From positions 8,112-72,111 of the forward strand of contig JAJQDI010000025.1 in the NCBI GenBank assembly GCA_021202275.1: DNA of 64,000 nt, given 5' to 3'. Below are positions 58,866 to 64,000 of this stretch, piece by piece; the stretch's first letter is position 1; each line of letters begins with the position of its first letter. A program made the position numbers and the translations under genes. The notes under the pieces are model-generated. The model was not told where the DNA came from. It saw only the letters and a list, made by a program, of their open reading frames with translations, and made no database searches. This DNA comes from Bacteroides sp. GTDB taxonomy: Bacteria; Bacteroidota; Bacteroidia; Bacteroidales; Bacteroidaceae.

Positions 58866-61733
58866 TTATAGTTTTACAATCTGTCGGTTTCCGTCGTAAG
58901 TGACCGTTTGTCCCTGCTGTCCCGACTCATACGCACCCGGATTTTCCTGGTCTACCAGAACGATATGGAACGTACGTTGCTGCAGCATGCCATCAAACTC
59001 TCCTTCACGTGCTCCGATCAATAGCGAACGGGCCACGTCGTCATACTCAAACGGGATCACGGCAAATTTACCATTTTCATAGTTATAATTCACATTTTCA
59101 TCCTCATATAATGTAAATGTACCGTTCTGACCTGCGTACACATACAGAGTAATGTGTTCTGCCGGTTTCTCATCGCTGTACTGCATATCCGGACCGTAAG
59201 GGATGATGGCACCTTCACGAACGAACAGCGGAATGTGTTCATAAGGAGCCGAGACCTTGCGCCATTGTCCGCCCGTGATGTACTGACCGGTATAGAAATC
59301 ATACCAGCCAGACGTTTCCGGGAAGTATACATCCCGGTCGCGGGCACCGTATTCATATACCGGACATACCATCAGCGCAGGTCCGAACATATACTGATCA
59401 CCGATATTGTTTACTTTGGTATCCTTGCCATAGTCCATGACCAGAGCGCGCATGATCGTATAATCATTGAAATAGGTCATTCCGGCCAATGAGTAGATGT
59501 AAGGCATCAGGTTGTAGCGCAACTTGTTGTAATAGGTCATAGACTGATAAGCAGGATGTCCTTCGGGAGCAATGTTCCAGGGCTCACGGTAAGGGAACTG
59601 ACCGTGCGTACGGAACAACGGGCAGAAGGCTCCGAACTGATACCAGCGCGCGTTCAGTTCACGCCACTCTTTGTTGTCGGCGTTCTCACGTCCGGTCCGG
59701 TCAAACTCATATTGTCCCATCTCGTACCGGCGCTCCACACAGAAACCACCGATATCCATAGTCCAGTAAGGGATTCCACTCATGGCAAAGTTGAGTCCGG
59801 CCGAGATCTGCGCCTTCATATCTTCCCAACGGGTAGCGATATCTCCACTCCAGGTGACAGTCGCATACCGCTGCAATCCGGCAAATCCGGAGCGGGTAAG
59901 CTGGAACACGCGACGGTTGGGATCTTCTTCACGCAACCCTTCGTAGATCGCTTTCGCATTCATCAGGGCGTAGGCATTGAAGTATTTGGTAGAGGGTCCC
60001 AGCGCGGTAGGTCCGCACAAGGCTTTGCGATACTCCATATCGGTGCAGTCGCGTACATTCGGTTCACTGGCATCCATCCACCAGGCGTCTATGCCCAACG
60101 GATAGAGTTTGTCTCTCATCTGGTTCCAGAAGAGTTTCTGCGCGCCTTCGCTGTACGCATCGTAGAAAGATCCGATATACCCATGCCCGATCCAGTCGCG
60201 GATGCTGTCTTCGATGGCGCGGCGATACATCCAGCCTCTCTCATCGAATTGCTTGAAGTGCTCTGTGGTCATATAGAATTTCGGCCATACGGAGATCATC
60301 ATCTTCGCGTGCATAGCATGGATACTGTCTACCATACCTTTCGGATCCGGGAAACGCGCCTTGTCAAAGTCATGGCTACCCCACGCGTCCTCGGGCCAGT
60401 AGCTCCAGTCGAGTACAATGTTATCTATCGGGATCTGGCGATCACGGAATCCTTTCAGGGCGTCTAAGATCTCGTCCTGGGTCTTGTAGCGTTCGCGGCT
60501 CTGCCAGTAGCCCATCGCCCATTTGGGCATAATAGGTGACTTGCCGGTCAGCGTACGGTATCCGCTGATCACTTCGTCCATGGAATCTCCATATACGAAA
60601 TAGTAGTCGATCTCATTGCCCATTTCGCTGAACAGTGCCAGCTTGGTCTGCTCTTCTTCAGGTACAGGTGTCAATACCCGCAACGCACAGTAAGATTCCC
60701 CTCCATCGGGTTCCCATTCGATACGCAGAGGCACTTTCTTACCTGCTTCCAGGTTCTCGGCAAATTTATAACTGTTGGGGTTCCAGGCCGTACGCCAGCG
60801 TTCGGGGACAACGAGTTCATTGTCTATATATACTTTCACGTAACCGGCATAATAAAGATGGAAGCGAAACTCCCCGCTCTCCGCGGGTTCCAGTTCACCT
60901 TCGAAAACTACCTGAGAGCCCATCAGCGGAAAATCTTTCGGAAGATACTCCTTATTGGCACTGAGATTCTCAAAGTAAAGGAAAGGCTCCGTACGTATCA
61001 GGGTCTCTTTCCCGCTGCGGGCAGAGGGTACATAAGTACCGGTCAGCCCTCCTTCCCGGCCTTCCTTATTATACAGTTTAAATATATCATTCAGTTGCGC
61101 GTAGTCCCGGCTGTCACCGAAACGGCTCAGCGAGTAGTTATCCCACAAAATACCGTAGTTCTTATTAGAGATCACAAAAGGCACGGATACTTTCGTATTG
61201 TACTGAAAAAGTTCTTCGTTCTTTCCTTTGTAGTTGAATTCGTCTGCCTGGTGTTGTCCCAGTCCGTAGAAAGCCTCGTCGGCTGGAGATTCAAACACCT
61301 GACGCAGTTCGTATCCTTTGGTACCTTCTACTTCTATGGCCCTGAAATATTTTCCTCCTCCGGCATTTTCACGTAAGATCGGATTGCCTGCCGTATCTGT
61401 GAAGCGTACTTCACCGGTAGCCCGTGTCACAATGGCACGCAAAGCGGAAGTAGAGAGGGTCACCTCTTCTTCATTCGCTTCCACATCAAAAGCGGGAATA
61501 TCGGTAGGAGGTATAATGATGAGGCTCTTCTCATCTACAAACCTGTTCTCTGCGGTAGCAGAGACGCGGATTATTTTCTCACCTGCGACTTCCAGCCGCA
61601 CCCGGCTCACATCTCCCGGTTGTTCCTGCTTCACTTTTACTACGATCCCGTTGCGGGTCTTCTCATAGCCTTGGTTTCCACATGCTGTGAACAGAAAGAC
61701 CGCCAACAGATACAAACAAGTGTTTTTCATCAT
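58866..61733 (-). CDS. GH31 alpha-xylosidase with PA14 insertion
   Basis: Lipobox FTACG. WWMDASEP, WSGDI, WTMDIGGF, YEDENVNYNYE. Confidence 0.92.
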   Translation of the reverse strand: MMKNTCLYLLAVFLFTACGNQGYEKTRNGIVVKVKQEQPGDVSRVRLEVAGEKIIRVSATAENRFVDEKSLIIIPPTDIPAFDVEANEEEVTLSTSALRAIVTRATGEVRFTDTAGNPILRENAGGGKYFRAIEVEGTKGYELRQVFESPADEAFYGLGQHQADEFNYKGKNEELFQYNTKVSVPFVISNKNYGILWDNYSLSRFGDSRDYAQLNDIFKLYNKEGREGGLTGTYVPSARSGKETLIRTEPFLYFENLSANKEYLPKDFPLMGSQVVFEGELEPAESGEFRFHLYYAGYVKVYIDNELVVPERWRTAWNPNSYKFAENLEAGKKVPLRIEWEPDGGESYCALRVLTPVPEEEQTKLALFSEMGNEIDYYFVYGDSMDEVISGYRTLTGKSPIMPKWAMGYWQSRERYKTQDEILDALKGFRDRQIPIDNIVLDWSYWPEDAWGSHDFDKARFPDPKGMVDSIHAMHAKMMISVWPKFYMTTEHFKQFDERGWMYRRAIEDSIRDWIGHGYIGSFYDAYSEGAQKLFWNQMRDKLYPLGIDAWWMDASEPNVRDCTDMEYRKALCGPTALGPSTKYFNAYALMNAKAIYEGLREEDPNRRVFQLTRSGFAGLQRYATVTWSGDIATRWEDMKAQISAGLNFAMSGIPYWTMDIGGFCVERRYEMGQYEFDRTGRENADNKEWRELNARWYQFGAFCPLFRTHGQFPYREPWNIAPEGHPAYQSMTYYNKLRYNLMPYIYSLAGMTYFNDYTIMRALVMDYGKDTKVNNIGDQYMFGPALMVCPVYEYGARDRDVYFPETSGWYDFYTGQYITGGQWRKVSAPYEHIPLFVREGAIIPYGPDMQYSDEKPAEHITLYVYAGQNGTFTLYEDENVNYNYENGKFAVIPFEYDDVARSLLIGAREGEFDGMLQQRTFHIVLVDQENPGAYESGQQGQTVTYDGNRQIVKL

Positions 61734-61874
61734 TTCCTGATATGTTTTAGTTGTTAATTTCATCATCGTAAAAATACGACAATTGAAAAAACCGGAAATG
61801 ATACTTTGTTTTACAAGCAGGTACGATTTGTATGATCGGGGGCTATAGGATGTTTCCCGAAAGGGTCGTGTTTG

Positions 61875-63998
61875 TTAACGACCCTTGTAGTCGGAAGGCA
61901 GAACCCCGAATTCTTCCTTGAAATACTTACTGAAATACTTGGGACTGTTGAATCCGACTTCGTAAGCAATCTCCGATACATTCAGCTGACTTTCGCGCAA
62001 CAGTTGCGCTGCGCGTTTCAGACGGATCACACGGATAAATTCAATGGGAGACTTACCGGTGATGGCCATCAGCTTCTTATAGAGATGCACCCGGCTCATG
62101 CCCAGTTCACGGCTCAATTCTTCTACGGAAAGATCGCTGCGATTCATATTGTCTTCGACATACTGTACAGCCCGCTGGATCAGTTTTTCATCCAGAGAAG
62201 TAATAGCGATCTCACTGGGTACGGGGTCGATCTGTCCGCTGAACTGCTCCCGTTGCTGCTGGCAGATCTCGAGCAATTTCTTCATACGCAAAGAGAGTAT
62301 TTCAAAATTGAAGGGCTTGGTAATGTAGTCATCGGCGCCTATGGAAAGTCCCTCTATTTTCTCCTCGTCCGCGCTACGGGCAGTGAGCAGGATCAGGGGA
62401 ATATGAGAAGTACGGATGTTACTCTTGACCAGACGGCACACCTCATGTCCGTCCAGTTCGGGCATCATCACATCACAGATAATGATGTCCGGTTGCAGAT
62501 CCGGGATCATCTTCCACGCTTCCAGTCCGGTAGCAGCTTCTTCGATCCGGTAATTACCTTTCAGACAATCTTTCAGAAAATAGCGGAAGTCGGTATTGTC
62601 ATCCACCAGCAATACCATCGGAGCCTCTGTGAGCAAGGCCGGCATTTCTTCTTCCTGCAAGACTTCCACCCCGGAGGTCTGTACGAAAGTCACTTCACCT
62701 CCCTCCTGCTGTTCCGGCTGTAAGGTAGTCAGTTCTTCATTATTCAGGGCCGTACGCACCACAGGAATGGTAAAGACAAACACCGATCCTTTGGGTTTAT
62801 TATCCTCTACCCAGACCTGACCATAATGGAGAGTGACAAACTCTTTGACCATGTGCAGTCCGATACCACTGCCTATGAATTTGTGTTCATCGGAATGTTG
62901 TACCTGGTAGAAACGCTCAAATACCCGCTCTTTGTCTTCGTCGCGTATCCCTATTCCGGTATCTGCGACACGTACTTCCAGCTGTTCGGGCTTATCGGCC
63001 GTGGCAGGCAACAGATTCACAAAAATACGCACCTCTCCTCCCTCTTCGGTAAACTTGAACGCGTTGGAAAGAAGGTTCATCATGATCTTCCCTAACTTAT
63101 CCTCGTCAAACTCCATCCACAGGACATGCAGCGGAGAAGAGAAATGCAGGGTTATTCCTTTCTTCTCAGAGATCTGCACAAAAGACTGGCAGATATTCTT
63201 CATGAAAGGGATCACGTCTTCCGTAATGGGACTCAACAAATGCCCGCTCACGTCGCTCTTACGGAAGTCAAGCAGTTGATTCACCAGATTGAGCAGACGG
63301 AGCGAATTGCGATGCACCATCACCAATTTCTGTTTATATTCCTCCATAGGCATGGTACGTATCATATTTTCCAGCGGAGAGATGATCAGTGTCAGGGGCG
63401 TACGCAGGTCGTGACTGATGTTGGTAAAGAAGCGGAGCTTCATCTCATTCAATTCCATATTGCGTTCCAACTCCAGTTCCAGTTGCTTCACCTCAAACTT
63501 ATGCCGCTCACTGCGCAGCAACAGGTAACGGGCAAAGAGTAAAGCCGACAGTATCAGGAAAGCATACAAGATATACGCTCCTCTCGAACGCCAGAAAGGG
63601 GGCTGGATAATGATCGACAGTTCGGTAGGCTCTTCGTTCCACACCCCATCACTGTTGGCGGCTTTTATGAGAAGAGTATATTTGCCCGGCGCCAGGTTGG
63701 TATAAGTTACACTGTGCTGTCCGTCTTCCGTATACAACCAATCCGTATGAAACCCTTTCAGCATATAGGCATACTCTGTCTTTTCCGGAAGGATGTAGTT
63801 CATTCCCGAAAATGAGATGGAAAATACATTCTGCCGGTACTTCAGTTCGATCTGATCCGTATCTGCCAGAGATACATCTAATATTTTATTACCGCTATAT
63901 AAGGTATCGACCTTCACTTCCTGATTGAAAAGCGTAAGCCCGGTGAAAACGACTTTGGGCAGGCTGGCATCGTAATGTATATTGCCCGGCTGGAAAAT
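61875..63998 (-). CDS. Hybrid two-component system, C-terminal part (5' truncated by window edge)
   Basis: Y_Y_Y domain, TM, FFTNISHDLRTPLTLI, LLSNAFKFT, GSGIGL, DVMMP, AraC HTH. Frame is open to the window edge. Confidence 0.95.
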   Translation of the reverse strand: MFQPGNIHYDASLPKVVFTGLTLFNQEVKVDTLYSGNKILDVSLADTDQIELKYRQNVFSISFSGMNYILPEKTEYAYMLKGFHTDWLYTEDGQHSVTYTNLAPGKYTLLIKAANSDGVWNEEPTELSIIIQPPFWRSRGAYILYAFLILSALLFARYLLLRSERHKFEVKQLELELERNMELNEMKLRFFTNISHDLRTPLTLIISPLENMIRTMPMEEYKQKLVMVHRNSLRLLNLVNQLLDFRKSDVSGHLLSPITEDVIPFMKNICQSFVQISEKKGITLHFSSPLHVLWMEFDEDKLGKIMMNLLSNAFKFTEEGGEVRIFVNLLPATADKPEQLEVRVADTGIGIRDEDKERVFERFYQVQHSDEHKFIGSGIGLHMVKEFVTLHYGQVWVEDNKPKGSVFVFTIPVVRTALNNEELTTLQPEQQEGGEVTFVQTSGVEVLQEEEMPALLTEAPMVLLVDDNTDFRYFLKDCLKGNYRIEEAATGLEAWKMIPDLQPDIIICDVMMPELDGHEVCRLVKSNIRTSHIPLILLTARSADEEKIEGLSIGADDYITKPFNFEILSLRMKKLLEICQQQREQFSGQIDPVPSEIAITSLDEKLIQRAVQYVEDNMNRSDLSVEELSRELGMSRVHLYKKLMAITGKSPIEFIRVIRLKRAAQLLRESQLNVSEIAYEVGFNSPKYFSKYFKEEFGVLPSDYKGR

Positions 63999-64000
63999 AT

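Overview
Bacteroidales (Bacteroides-like) chromosomal window. 1-18244: heparin/heparan-sulfate-type polysaccharide utilization locus (SusC end, SusD, hybrid two-component system, GH88, PL12, Ser-type sulfatase, Tat-exported PHP-like hydrolase, ROK kinase, and a PL15-like lyase broken by one in-frame TAA). 18408-19296: ~890-bp non-coding element bounded by 137-bp inverted repeats. 19638-25382: accessory block (S41 and C11 peptidases, two LuxR regulators, two lipoproteins). 25732-31216: KDG/uronate genes (eda, kdgK, LacI, uxaA). 31529-53525: mostly housekeeping (NhaC-family transporter, C11 peptidase, rpoD, degP, decayed TA pair, transglutaminase-like lipoprotein, dipeptide epimerase, ykfC, rnpB, YihY, nitroreductase, ribE, phoU, glnS, TPR, dedA, tpx, HdeD). 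53689-64000: xyloglucan-type GH3/GH2/GH31 cluster with a partial HTCS. The most striking signal is a family of heptamer-repeat (GATTTAC)n...(GTAAATC)n inverted-repeat cassettes at about nine intergenic sites. They usually begin 1-3 nt after a stop codon and often end next to the following start codon, and the two arms of a cassette match each other. One cassette carries a four-helix-bundle (TIGR02436/Avd-fold) gene between kdgK and eda; the others are empty or contain REP elements. A GTAG-type REP/REPIN family and a separate ~220-bp MITE family are also present. All protein calls come from motif recognition, not database searches.
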